From Myxococcota bacterium (GTDB lineage Bacteria > Myxococcota_A > Polyangia > Nannocystales > Nannocystaceae), in contig JBCCHT010000017.1 in assembly GCA_039028615.1 (NCBI GenBank), forward strand, positions 1 through 64,000: a DNA stretch of 64,000 bases. Reading direction: 5' to 3'. A model generated the notes under the pieces. The model saw only the letters and a program-made list of their open reading frames with translations, ran no database searches and had not been told where the DNA came from. Below, one piece after another: positions 27,254 through 36,896 of the stretch. A program made the translations under genes and the position numbers. Each line of letters opens with the position of its first letter. Positions within the stretch are counted from its first letter, which is position 1.

Positions 27254-28866
27254 GACTCCTCCCGGCACTCCAGCACGAAGCGAGCGAAGCCGGGGATGAA
27301 CCACCGCACGCGAGCTTCGTCCGCCATGCGGAAGCGCTGGAAGTCACTCCAGTGCCGGCAGGTCTCGGGGGTGCTCTCGCAGTCGGAGCACGGGTCCTTG
27401 GTCACCCGGGAGGCGCAGCGCCACACGGACGTGGGGATCGATTGCACCCGCGACGGTGACTGCTGCGCCAGCCCGCCCAGGTAGGCATCGAGAGCGGCCC
27501 GCACCGCGGGGCGCTCGCGCTCGATGGCCCCCGAGTCCACGCGTTCGAACCATTCGCGGAACACGGCGACCAGCTCGGACTTCTCGACCGCGCGCAGGTG
27601 CGGCTTCATGGCGACCTGCACCTCCTCCCACTCGACGATGTTGGCGTGGTGGTTGGGACCCGCCCAGGTGGGGATGCCCCAGACCAGCGGCTCGCACACG
27701 TTGTGCCCCATTGCCGAGACCAAGGTGCCGCCCACGAAGGCGCCCTTCCCTACCCCGTAGATCGCCCGGAGCATGCCCGTGCACTCGACGATGACCGCGT
27801 CGGGGTCCTCGCCGTCCCCCTCGGCCAGCTCCGAGAGCAACACGGCGCGGCCCAGGCTCGAAGCGGCGGCACGGACCGCGGCCCTCACCGGCTCCCCATC
27901 CATCCCTCGTATCCACCAGTGCCGCGGGACCAGCACCAGCGTGGCGTCCCGCCGATCGCCGCGCGCTTCCTCGAACGCATCGGCCAGCAGCTTGTCTTCC
28001 CCCGGATGCGTGGAGCCGGCCGTGAACACGTGGCGGCGTCTCCCCAGCGCCAGCAGAGCCTCCATGCTCGAGGTCCAGCTCCACGCCGAGCCCTCGTCGC
28101 GCCCGTTGTCGTAGTGCGAAGCCGCGGGGCGAATGCCGGACTCCGTAAACCACCGCAGAGGATCGGTGACTCCGTTGTCGCGGATCATCGTGTAGAGCAC
28201 GACCAGATCGGCGGACTTGTCCAGCCAGTCGGTGGCCACCTCGTCGGGGCTGGCCCGCTGGCGCTGGACCCTCTTGCCCGTGACCGCCGCCTCCGCCCAC
28301 ATGTCGCGCTCGTCGAGGACCTCCTGGGGCACGGCCCCGGTGGGATAGATGCTCGGGTCGGCGATGATGTTCAGGCGCTCGAGGTGGAGCTTGGCCGCTC
28401 TACGCTGCTGGGCGATCAGTCGCTTCTCGTTCGCTTCGGTACGCGGCCCCAGCTCGAGGGACATCGCGAAGATCTCGACCGTGGCCTCGGCCACGTGGAG
28501 GTCGTACTCGAGCTGGCAAATGTCGGCCGAGTTGACCGCCGACTCGCCCATGGCCGACTTCGGGGGCACCGCCCGCAGCCTCGCGTGCGCGCGCCCGATC
28601 TGCTCGCAGCGCCGCTCGAGGCCGTCGGCCATGGTCAGCAGATTCCGCAGCCGGTTCTTTCGCTGCGTCGGGCCCTTTCGCCCGGTTCGCAGCGCGCTCA
28701 GGCGCCCCAGCAGGAACTTCAGGGGTCCTGCCAGCGTGGGGAGCTGCCCGTCTTCGGGGGTGGGAGGCAGCGGATTGCCCGCTCGGGAGGCCTCTTGCAC
28801 GTCGGCCAAGCGCTGCAGCCACCGCTTGAGCTGCTGCACATCCTGTTCGAGCGGGGTGCCGGCCAT
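27250..28866 (-). CDS. Glycosyltransferase with WaaA/KdtA-like C-terminal domain and unrelated helical N-terminus
   Basis: AGSTHPGED, LVLVPRH, TGML, AFVGGTLV...GHNVCEP...G.P...GPN. Confidence 0.7.
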   Translation of the reverse strand: MAGTPLEQDVQQLKRWLQRLADVQEASRAGNPLPPTPEDGQLPTLAGPLKFLLGRLSALRTGRKGPTQRKNRLRNLLTMADGLERRCEQIGRAHARLRAVPPKSAMGESAVNSADICQLEYDLHVAEATVEIFAMSLELGPRTEANEKRLIAQQRRAAKLHLERLNIIADPSIYPTGAVPQEVLDERDMWAEAAVTGKRVQRQRASPDEVATDWLDKSADLVVLYTMIRDNGVTDPLRWFTESGIRPAASHYDNGRDEGSAWSWTSSMEALLALGRRRHVFTAGSTHPGEDKLLADAFEEARGDRRDATLVLVPRHWWIRGMDGEPVRAAVRAAASSLGRAVLLSELAEGDGEDPDAVIVECTGMLRAIYGVGKGAFVGGTLVSAMGHNVCEPLVWGIPTWAGPNHHANIVEWEEVQVAMKPHLRAVEKSELVAVFREWFERVDSGAIERERPAVRAALDAYLGGLAQQSPSRVQSIPTSVWRCASRVTKDPCSDCESTPETCRHWSDFQRFRMADEARVRWFIPGFARFVLECREES

Positions 28867-28902
28867 GCCCCCGCACTCTACCGCAAAGTCGCCGGCCCTC
28901 GC

Positions 28903-30087
28903 CTACGGGTCGCCCGCGTCCAACGGGTCCTCGTACTGCTTGGTCACCAACGCCTCGGTGAGCTCGAGCTGCTCGAGGATGTCCGCGATCCGGCGCGACG
29001 AATCGGGCCGAAAATACGGGTTCGCGTCGTCTTGCAGATCCAGCGCGGCCAGCTCGACGAGCCCGTTGCGAATGGCCTCGAGCGAGGTCTCCACGTGAAT
29101 GGTGTGCTCCGAGCACTGCCGGTTCTTTTGCCGCAGCCCGATGTTGAGCGCGGGCAGCCGCAGCGACGGCGCCTCGAGGATTCCACACGAGGAATTGCCC
29201 ACCAGGCCCGCGGACGACCGCAGCAACGAGAGGAACTCGTAGCGCGGCAGCGAGGGCACCACCGTGTAGCGATCGGCGAGCCCCTCGAGCAGGTCGCGGA
29301 TCACTCCGCTGTCCGGGTCGTTGTTGCTCGAGACCCACAGCACCCGACGTTCGGGGGCCTCGGCCAGCCACTCGTCGAGCGCCCCTCGCAGGTTGGAGGC
29401 GACCTCGGCCGGCGCCGCGGCATCTTGGGCGCAGGGGTGGAACAAGGCCACCAGGTACTGGCCCTCGACCAACCCGAAGCGAGGCAGGACGTCCTCGGGG
29501 GCCGCCATGTGCCCGCGGGCGATCTCGTCGAGCTGCGGCGCTCCGACGACGTGGATACGCCAACCGTGCTCACCCAGGGCGCGGACCCGACGGGCACACA
29601 GGTCGTTGGCCACCAGGTGCACGTGGGCGATGCGGGAGATCGCGTGGCGGAAGAACCCATCGAAGTGCCCGGAGACCTCACCGCCCTGGATGTGGGCGGT
29701 GGCGATTCCCAGGCTCGTGGCCGCGATCGCCACGATGAGCTGCTCGCGGCGATCGCCCGAGAGCAACACGACGTCCGGGGCCATCTCGGTGAGCACCCCG
29801 GCCACCCGCTGCATCAGCACGCCCAGGTCCTCGATCGACGACGTGGCCGACCGCTCCGGGCGGGTGTTCTGGATGATCGAGTCGAGCGTGAACCCGTCCC
29901 GCTCGAACTCGCGGTAGGTCTCGCCGAAGTCGGGGTCCGCATGCATCTCGCACACGATGACCCGCAGCTGCACGCCCTCGCGGCGCTGCAGCTCCTTCAT
30001 GACGGGACGGATGTAGCCGTACTCGCCACGAGAACCGCTGAAGACCGCGATGGTCCGTGGGGCGGGCCGTTCTAGGTCTGAAACCAT
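28903..30087 (-). CDS. neuC: UDP-N-acetylglucosamine 2-epimerase (hydrolysing, NeuC-like)
   Basis: SGSRGEYG, LSGDRRE, HIQGGE.SG, RHAISR.AH.H, VGAPQLD, GNSSCGI.EAPS, NIGLRQ. Confidence 0.88.
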   Translation of the reverse strand: MVSDLERPAPRTIAVFSGSRGEYGYIRPVMKELQRREGVQLRVIVCEMHADPDFGETYREFERDGFTLDSIIQNTRPERSATSSIEDLGVLMQRVAGVLTEMAPDVVLLSGDRREQLIVAIAATSLGIATAHIQGGEVSGHFDGFFRHAISRIAHVHLVANDLCARRVRALGEHGWRIHVVGAPQLDEIARGHMAAPEDVLPRFGLVEGQYLVALFHPCAQDAAAPAEVASNLRGALDEWLAEAPERRVLWVSSNNDPDSGVIRDLLEGLADRYTVVPSLPRYEFLSLLRSSAGLVGNSSCGILEAPSLRLPALNIGLRQKNRQCSEHTIHVETSLEAIRNGLVELAALDLQDDANPYFRPDSSRRIADILEQLELTEALVTKQYEDPLDAGDP

Positions 30088-30782
30088 GGACTCTCCGTGG
30101 GGTCGACCGCCCGCTCGGCATACGCCTCGGCCATGCCGAACTCGAACTCGGTGTCGATGTCCACGGCCTCCTCTTCGGGAATGTCGAACAGGTACGGGTC
30201 TCCCGGTACGTCGCGAAAGATCGGCTCGCCGGCGACGAACCGCTCGCGCGGGAACAGATGGAAGGCGTGGGCCACCCGGTGCACCTGCGGGCTGCGCTTG
30301 GTGTCGCCGATGCCCAGGTCGACCTGCACCAGGGGTCGGCCGTCTTCGCCGTAGAGCCAGTCGCGTCGGGTGACCACCGACGTCATGGCGTCGATGCTCT
30401 CGTCGGACTCGAGCTGATCGATGGCCCGACTGAGGGTGCCCGGCCGCATGAAGGGATGGCACGCGTTCATGAACGCGATGTGAGTCGTGCTGGCCCGCGC
30501 GTAGTGGGCGTTGATCACCACCTGCGGGGCATCCCCGGCGACGGCCTCGGGCGCCCGCTCGAGCAGCTCGACGCCCTCGGGTCGTACCCGCTCGAACAGC
30601 TCGCGCAGGGGGGCCTCGGCCACGCAGAAGAACCGCTCGTCAGCGTCCACGTGGGCCAGCTTGCGCAACGCGATCTCGGCCAACGAGCTGCCCGCGAAGG
30701 GACGGGTCATCTTGTCCTTGCAACGGCTGGACCGAAGTCGCGCATTGAGCATGACGGCGACGGAACGGGTCATCCGTGGCAC
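30072..30782 (-). CDS. Acylneuraminate/ulosonate cytidylyltransferase family (NeuA-like)
   Basis: NARLRSSRCKDK, NACHPF, EAVDIDTEFEF. Confidence 0.8.
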   Translation of the reverse strand: MPRMTRSVAVMLNARLRSSRCKDKMTRPFAGSSLAEIALRKLAHVDADERFFCVAEAPLRELFERVRPEGVELLERAPEAVAGDAPQVVINAHYARASTTHIAFMNACHPFMRPGTLSRAIDQLESDESIDAMTSVVTRRDWLYGEDGRPLVQVDLGIGDTKRSPQVHRVAHAFHLFPRERFVAGEPIFRDVPGDPYLFDIPEEEAVDIDTEFEFGMAEAYAERAVDPTESPWFQT

Positions 30783-30846
30783 CCGGGCACTCGCGCAAGA
30801 GGCGCATTGCTTCTGTCAGGCACGGCGCCAGCATAATATCGCCATC

Positions 30847-31866
30847 ATGTCCGTTGCCAAGCTGTTGGAGGCCTCTCGTCCCCTCGTGGTCGCAGAGGCG
30901 TGCGACAACCATTTCGGTTCCTTAGATCGGGCCTTCGCCATGATCGACGCAGCTCACGCGGCGGGAGCCGACGTCGTGAAGTTCCAGCACCACATCGCGC
31001 GGGCGGAGATGCTGCAAGACCTGCCTTTGTCGGACAACTTCGACGAGAGCTTGTGGGAGTTCCTGGAGCGCTGCGCACTCTCCGTGGACGACCACGCGAA
31101 GGTCATGGCCCACGCCGAGCAGCGCGGGATCCAGTACCTGTGCACTCCGTTCTCGATCGTGGCTGCTCGCGAGCTGCAGACCCTGGGCCTTCGCGAGTTC
31201 AAGATCGGCTCCGGGGAGCTGCGGGACCTGTGGTACCTTGAACAGTTGGCCGAAATGGCCGACCACCTGATCCTGTCGACGGGCATGTGTACGCCCGAGG
31301 AGATCGACGCCACGGTGCAGGCCATCGGCGGGAAGGTGCGGGTGAGCCTGATGAACTGCACCAGCGCCTACCCGACGCGCCACGCCGACGTGACGCTGAG
31401 CATGATCCCCGTGCTCAAGCAGCGCTACCCGGAGCTGTCCATCGGGCATAGCGACCACACGCCGGACAACTACACCTGCTTCGGCGCGGTGGCCCTGGGC
31501 GCGACCATGGTGGAGAAGCACTTCACCCTCGACCGCTCGCTGGGGGGCCCCGACGCCTCGGTCTCCATCGAGCCCGACGAGCTCGCCGACCTCGTCGCGG
31601 GCGTGCGTGCGATCGGCGAGGCCTCCCACGGTGAAAAGCGCATCCGCGATTCCGAGTCGCCCGTGCGCGCGTGGGCCTACCGCAGCGTCGTCACCACCCA
31701 GGCGATCCCCAAGGGCACCACCCTCGGGCCCGAGCACATCTGCACCAAGCGACCGGGGACGGGCATCGCCTCCGCCGACTACCGCCAGGTGCTCGGCTGC
31801 GTGGCCACGACCGACCTCGACGACAACCACCTGCTCTCCTGGGACGACCTGCAGCGTCCCGCGTAG
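30847..31866 (+). CDS. neuB: N-acetylneuraminate/nonulosonate synthase family (NeuB-like) with SAF domain
   Basis: AEA..NH.G, GADVVKFQ, CTPFS, KIGSGE, LSTGM, CTSAYP, GHSDHT, EKHFTLDR, KRPGTGI. Confidence 0.9.
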   Translation: MSVAKLLEASRPLVVAEACDNHFGSLDRAFAMIDAAHAAGADVVKFQHHIARAEMLQDLPLSDNFDESLWEFLERCALSVDDHAKVMAHAEQRGIQYLCTPFSIVAARELQTLGLREFKIGSGELRDLWYLEQLAEMADHLILSTGMCTPEEIDATVQAIGGKVRVSLMNCTSAYPTRHADVTLSMIPVLKQRYPELSIGHSDHTPDNYTCFGAVALGATMVEKHFTLDRSLGGPDASVSIEPDELADLVAGVRAIGEASHGEKRIRDSESPVRAWAYRSVVTTQAIPKGTTLGPEHICTKRPGTGIASADYRQVLGCVATTDLDDNHLLSWDDLQRPA

Positions 31867-31875
31867 CGGCGGGCT

Positions 31876-33534
31876 CTAGCGCTCGTCGAAGACGTAGTCG
31901 CCCAGCACCAGCACGTCGATCTCCGTCGACCGAAAGCAGTCGATGGCCTCACGCGGCGTGTTGACGATGGGCTGCCCCTTGACGTTGAACGAGGTGTTCA
32001 GCAGCACGGGGCACTGCGTGCGCTGCTCGAAGGCCTGCAGCAAGCGATGGAAGCGATCGTTGTCGGCGGCCGAGACCGTCTGCACCCGGGCCGTGCCGTC
32101 GTGGTGGATCGTGGCCGGGATCGACTCGAGGCCGGCCGGGCGGGCCCGGGCCGCGATCAGCATGTGCGGGCTCGGCTGCGACAGCTCGAAGAACTCCGAC
32201 GCGCGGTCTTCGAGCACGGCCGGCGCAAAGGGGCGGAAGTCCTCGCGGAACTTCACCCGCCGGTTGAGGGTGTCCTTCATCTGCGCGGGAAAGGGCGCGG
32301 TGATGATGCTGCGGTTGCCCAGCGCCCGCGGCCCATGCTCGGAGCGCCCCTGAAACCAGCCCACGATCGCGCCCGCAGCCAAATGCTCGGCCGTGTCCGC
32401 GAACACGTCCTTGGAGCGCACCGCCTCCAAGCCAGCGTCGGTGGCTGCCTGCACGATCTGCGCGTCGTCGAAGCCCGAGCCGAGATACGGGTTGCGAAAC
32501 CGCAGCGGCCGTAGCCCGGGGTCGTGGGCTCGCTGGGCGAGGTAGCACGAACCGACGCAGCCGCCGTTGTCGCCCGCCGCCCAGAACACGAAGATGTCGT
32601 CGAAGATCCGCATGCGCTCGATGGCCCCGTTCATCGAGCAGTTGAGCGCCACCCCGCCGGCCAGGCACAGGCGGCGATGGTCGGGGCGAAGCTCGCGGGC
32701 GCGTCGCAGCTGGCCGGTCACGATGGTCTCGAGGCGCTGCTGCACCGCCGCCGCCACGTCCATGTGGTGCTGGGTGACCGGGGCCTCGGGCTGCCGTCGC
32801 GGGCCGAAGGTCGACAGGAAGCGCTCGCTGATCCACGTGTCGCGCTTCGTCGGGTAGGCGAACCACTCGGGGTTGATGCGAACCCCGAAGTCGCCGTCGA
32901 CCTCGATCATCTCGCGGAACACGTCCTCGTAGGTCCTCGAGCCCCGCGGTACCGTATGGCTCGGATCGCCGAAGCCGGCCAAGCCCATCACGATCCCCTC
33001 GTCGCAGCTGATCTTCCAGCCCAGGTAAAACGTGATGGCGGTGTAGACCAGCCCCAAGGAGTGGGGGAACGCGCTGCCGCCGTGCAGGACCTCCAGGCCG
33101 CTGGGGTCGGCGGCACACAGCAGAGACGACGTGTTCTCGCCGATCGCGTCGTAGCTGGCCACGATCGCCCGATCGAAGCCACTGGGGTAGTACGCAGTCG
33201 CGACGTGACACTCGTGGTGCGAGTGAAACGTGACCGGGCCGGAATAGCCGAGCTCGCGCTGCACCAGCTGTTCGTACTGCGGCCGTGACCGGGTCGCCCG
33301 ACGCGGTGTGCCCTCGGGGATCAGCTCGGGATCGAAGTTGAAGGCGACCTCATCGATGTCGCTCAACGTGATCCCGGCCATGCGAAGGCAGTCCATGACC
33401 GCTTCGGTGGGGAAGGCCCGGGTGTGTTTTTCCCCCGTGTAGCGCTCCTGCTCGCAGACGGCCACGATGCGCCCGTCCATCATCAACGCGGCGGCCGTGT
33501 CCCAGCCCCCGTGGGAGATCCCCAGGATGTTCAC
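31876..33534 (-). CDS. Carbamoyltransferase (NodU/CmcH family)
   Basis: ILGIS...DTAAAL, EQERYT..KH, HHECH, GIVMGLA, LAGGVALNC, E.GPRALGNRS, FRPFAP, RVQTV, LNTSFN. Confidence 0.93.
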   Translation of the reverse strand: MNILGISHGGWDTAAALMMDGRIVAVCEQERYTGEKHTRAFPTEAVMDCLRMAGITLSDIDEVAFNFDPELIPEGTPRRATRSRPQYEQLVQRELGYSGPVTFHSHHECHVATAYYPSGFDRAIVASYDAIGENTSSLLCAADPSGLEVLHGGSAFPHSLGLVYTAITFYLGWKISCDEGIVMGLAGFGDPSHTVPRGSRTYEDVFREMIEVDGDFGVRINPEWFAYPTKRDTWISERFLSTFGPRRQPEAPVTQHHMDVAAAVQQRLETIVTGQLRRARELRPDHRRLCLAGGVALNCSMNGAIERMRIFDDIFVFWAAGDNGGCVGSCYLAQRAHDPGLRPLRFRNPYLGSGFDDAQIVQAATDAGLEAVRSKDVFADTAEHLAAGAIVGWFQGRSEHGPRALGNRSIITAPFPAQMKDTLNRRVKFREDFRPFAPAVLEDRASEFFELSQPSPHMLIAARARPAGLESIPATIHHDGTARVQTVSAADNDRFHRLLQAFEQRTQCPVLLNTSFNVKGQPIVNTPREAIDCFRSTEIDVLVLGDYVFDER

Positions 33535-34487
33535 GTCAGCCCTCCCACTTCGGCGCCATGCGGAAAATGCCGGCAGTCGTAGCGCGGCAAGGCTTGCCGG
33601 GCACGCGGGTCGGCCAGGTGGTGAGGCGCGACGTCCTCGGGCTCGAGGCTGAAGCACCAATCGACGCCGGCCTCGAGCAGCAGGTCGACGGAGCGCTCGT
33701 CGAACGACTCCGCCCCCCCGTAGGGATACGCGAAGGTCCGGGCCGAGCCGCGGCAGTGCTGGGCGACCCACGAGAGCGATTCGAAGATCTCCTCGCGCTG
33801 CTCGGCTGCGCTCAGCTCGCTGAGCGAGTCGTGGCGAATCGAGTGCGCGCCCATGATCATCCCGTGGGCATCCATGTCCTGAATTTCCTGCGGGCTCAGG
33901 TAGATCATGCTCGGCTCCAGCTGCGGGAGATGGCGCTGCAGCAACGACGCGGTCAGGGCCCATCGAGCGTCCGTGTGCAGGTACCGTCGCCCGTTGATCA
34001 TCCGCTTGAGCGCGCCCGCGGGGGCATCCACCTCGCCCCGGTAGCGCTGCCGATAGTCGTCGCGAGCCTCGGCCCGCAGCGCATCGGGGTGCCCGTCGAC
34101 CCACGCCATCGCGTCGCGCAGCACGACCTCGGGCGCGACCGCTCCGAGCAGGTGGTGAATCGCGTGCACGGGCAAGACCTCGCCCTGCGTGTGCGGAGCG
34201 GCGGCGATGTAGAACACCCCCGTCAGCCCGCGGGAGCGCAGCTCGGGATAGACCACGTCGTAGTGGCTGCGCAGACCGTCGTCGAAGGTCAACACGGCCA
34301 CGTCCTCCGGGGCCTCGCGACGGCCCGACAACATCTCGATGAGCTCCGCCGCGCTCGGGAAATGCCAGCGCTGCTGCAGGTGATCGAGCTGTCGACGAAA
34401 GCTCTCCGGTTCCAGACGTCGGATGCCACCGGGACGGGGGAACCGTGCATCGGGGCCTCGCACGTAGTGGTACAAGATCGCCTTCAC
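33531..34487 (-). CDS. Polysaccharide deacetylase family protein
   Basis: ILYHYV, LTFDDG, GAHS..H, FAYPYG. Confidence 0.88.
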   Translation of the reverse strand: MKAILYHYVRGPDARFPRPGGIRRLEPESFRRQLDHLQQRWHFPSAAELIEMLSGRREAPEDVAVLTFDDGLRSHYDVVYPELRSRGLTGVFYIAAAPHTQGEVLPVHAIHHLLGAVAPEVVLRDAMAWVDGHPDALRAEARDDYRQRYRGEVDAPAGALKRMINGRRYLHTDARWALTASLLQRHLPQLEPSMIYLSPQEIQDMDAHGMIMGAHSIRHDSLSELSAAEQREEIFESLSWVAQHCRGSARTFAYPYGGAESFDERSVDLLLEAGVDWCFSLEPEDVAPHHLADPRARQALPRYDCRHFPHGAEVGGLT

Positions 34488-34696
34488 GTTGGAGCCCCTG
34501 GACTATCGCAGGCAGCACGGAGCGCATACAACCGTCCGCTGCCGCGCGGCTCCCGCGGGGCGCCCATGCGATACTTCGTAGCCCACCCCTCGTGACTCCA
34601 CCTTCGAAACGCGGGACGGCACGGCCCCAACCCACCTCCAAGCGGTCGGGTCGAGGCCTTCGATTGCGCCAGCCACCGCCGTGGAGCGCACCGCTG

Positions 34697-36889
34697 GTGG
34701 ACGCCGAGGTCCGGCGGGTCAGGATCGGCGCGACGCGACGCGGGCTGGTGTACGAGCTGGCGGTCGACGGGGGTGCAGCTCGGATTCAGCTGCCCTCCGA
34801 CGGGCGGACGGGCTTCGCCTGGCCCCTGCTGCAGGCCAAAGCGAGCCCGGGGGTCACGTTGGTGGCCGACGCCGTCTCGCGCCTACGGGACGACGCCAGC
34901 TTCCGTACCGACGTCAACCGCCACGCGTGGCTGCTGGGTCGGCTCTCGGGCACCGCCCTGCCCCATGCTCATCGCCCCTCGGACCTCGAGCGTTCGCTCG
35001 CCGAGCTGATGGAGACCCTCACCCACGAGGACCAAGCGCTGCGGCTGCCCGCGAACGCCCACGCCACCGACCCCTTCATCGCCGGCTTGTCGCGCTACTT
35101 CGCGGTGGTGCACGGCGAGTGGCCGAAGGTCTTCGCGCCGACCGAGCCCGGCATCACCGACTGGGCCGACCCCATCCACGCGCTATTCAACGGCGACGTC
35201 GAGGCGCTGCAACGGCTGTCTCGCGAGACCTCGCTCGCCGGCTCACCGCTGGCCAACATCGTCGGCACCCTCTTCAAGGACATCGGGTTCATCGACGCGG
35301 GCGTGGACCTCATCGCCAGCAGCGTGGCGGGGCTCGAGCCGACGGAGCAGGCCGACGTCCTGCTCGGGCTCGGACAGGTCCAGGGGCGCACGGGCAAGCT
35401 CGCCGACGCCCAGGCGACCCTGCGCCAGGCCGCCATGCTCTCCGGCCACGATGCTCGTTTCTCTCGCCGTGTCGCGGCCGAGCTGGTGCGGGTGGGTGCG
35501 ATCGACGACGCGTATCTCGTGCTCGACGAGTACTGCACGAAAGACCCGGACAACGCGGACACGCTGGTCGAGCTGATCAAGCTGCTGCTCTTCGCCGGGC
35601 AGTGGGACCGCGCGCTCGAGCGGCTCGACCGGGTCGAAGCCCTCGCCCCCGAGCGCCCCGAGATCCTCCGGTACCGGGGCGCCATCGCGGTCGAGCGTCG
35701 GCAGCTCGATCGGGCGGTCCAGCTGCTCGAAGCGTTGATCGCGGCTCATCCTTCGGATCGCGAGGGGCGGACCTGGCTGGTCGAGGCGCTGATCCACCGC
35801 GGGCAGCTCGACGAGGCCCGGTCTCATCACCACGAAGCGCGGGCGGAGCACGACAGCGCGGTCCACATCCTCTTGCACGGTGCGCTCGCCAAGCAGGGAC
35901 GGGTGTCACGTGACGCCGAGCTGACCGCGTTGCTCACCGAGCTGGGCGACGAGGTCGACCCGGAGCAGATGGTGACCGAGCAGACCCGGGCACGGATCCT
36001 CGAGCACCTCGCCTCGCTCCGCGGCAGCCGCGGAGAGGTGCTCGTACAGGTCGACCCCTCGAGCACCGGGCCCACCGGGGTCCGCATGTTCGGGATGAAG
36101 AAGGTCGAGACCCGCTTGCAGAGCCGCACCGAGGCGGCCGAGGCGGTCAAGAGCATCATGCACGTGCCGGTCGAGCAGGTCCTGGCGACCTTTGCCGAGC
36201 TCGAGCAGCGCTACCCCGAGTCCCCCCACCCCTTCTTCTATCGCGGCGAGATCCACCTGTGGATGGGCGACTACGACGACGCGCTGAGGGACTTCGAGAC
36301 GGGGCTCCAACGCGATGCCGCGCGCTGGGGCTACGTGGGGCCGGCCGCCGTGCACATCTTGCGAGGCAACTACGACGCGGTGCCCGAGCTGATCGCCGAG
36401 TGCAACCGTCGGTTCCCGCCCGTCCCCAGCGCTTCGACCTCCATCTACCTCGGCGAGATGCACCGCCGCCGCGGCGAGCTCGACGTGGCCGCGAAACAAC
36501 TGACCGAGTCGCTGCGCGTGAAGCCGGGGCGCATCTCGGCATGGATCAACCTGGCGCTGGTGCACGAGCAGGCGGGTCACGCCGACGAAGCAGCCGAAGT
36601 CTTCGCCCGGATCCAACGCTGGGCCCCACGGCTTCTGTGGGACAGCCGGCGCGCGGTCGAGGCCTCGGGCGGAGCGCGGTGCAGCTGGCCTCCCACCGCC
36701 GCCGACATGCCCGTCTTGCTCGAGCAGAGCCTCACGATGATGCGAGGCAATCGCTCGTCCCACTGCGTCACCTACTTCGACCACGACGGGAAGTTCCGGC
36801 GGGTCTTCGACGCGGGGCACTGGCGAGAACAACTCAGCCGCATGCGCGTGCTCTTGTTCGCCGAGAGCCGCCGACGCCTGGTGGAGTGA
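34697..36889 (+). CDS. Tetratricopeptide repeat protein
   Basis: Repeated TPR-like helix pairs (YRGEIHLWMGDYDDAL; YLGEMHRRRGELDVA; AWINLALVH); start uncertain. Confidence 0.75.
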   Translation: MDAEVRRVRIGATRRGLVYELAVDGGAARIQLPSDGRTGFAWPLLQAKASPGVTLVADAVSRLRDDASFRTDVNRHAWLLGRLSGTALPHAHRPSDLERSLAELMETLTHEDQALRLPANAHATDPFIAGLSRYFAVVHGEWPKVFAPTEPGITDWADPIHALFNGDVEALQRLSRETSLAGSPLANIVGTLFKDIGFIDAGVDLIASSVAGLEPTEQADVLLGLGQVQGRTGKLADAQATLRQAAMLSGHDARFSRRVAAELVRVGAIDDAYLVLDEYCTKDPDNADTLVELIKLLLFAGQWDRALERLDRVEALAPERPEILRYRGAIAVERRQLDRAVQLLEALIAAHPSDREGRTWLVEALIHRGQLDEARSHHHEARAEHDSAVHILLHGALAKQGRVSRDAELTALLTELGDEVDPEQMVTEQTRARILEHLASLRGSRGEVLVQVDPSSTGPTGVRMFGMKKVETRLQSRTEAAEAVKSIMHVPVEQVLATFAELEQRYPESPHPFFYRGEIHLWMGDYDDALRDFETGLQRDAARWGYVGPAAVHILRGNYDAVPELIAECNRRFPPVPSASTSIYLGEMHRRRGELDVAAKQLTESLRVKPGRISAWINLALVHEQAGHADEAAEVFARIQRWAPRLLWDSRRAVEASGGARCSWPPTAADMPVLLEQSLTMMRGNRSSHCVTYFDHDGKFRRVFDAGHWREQLSRMRVLLFAESRRRLVE

Positions 36890-36896
36890 TTCGACG

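Noticed and set aside
27250..28866. Canonical waaA/kdtA
   Set aside because: Only the C-terminal motifs are recognisable, so no gene symbol was given
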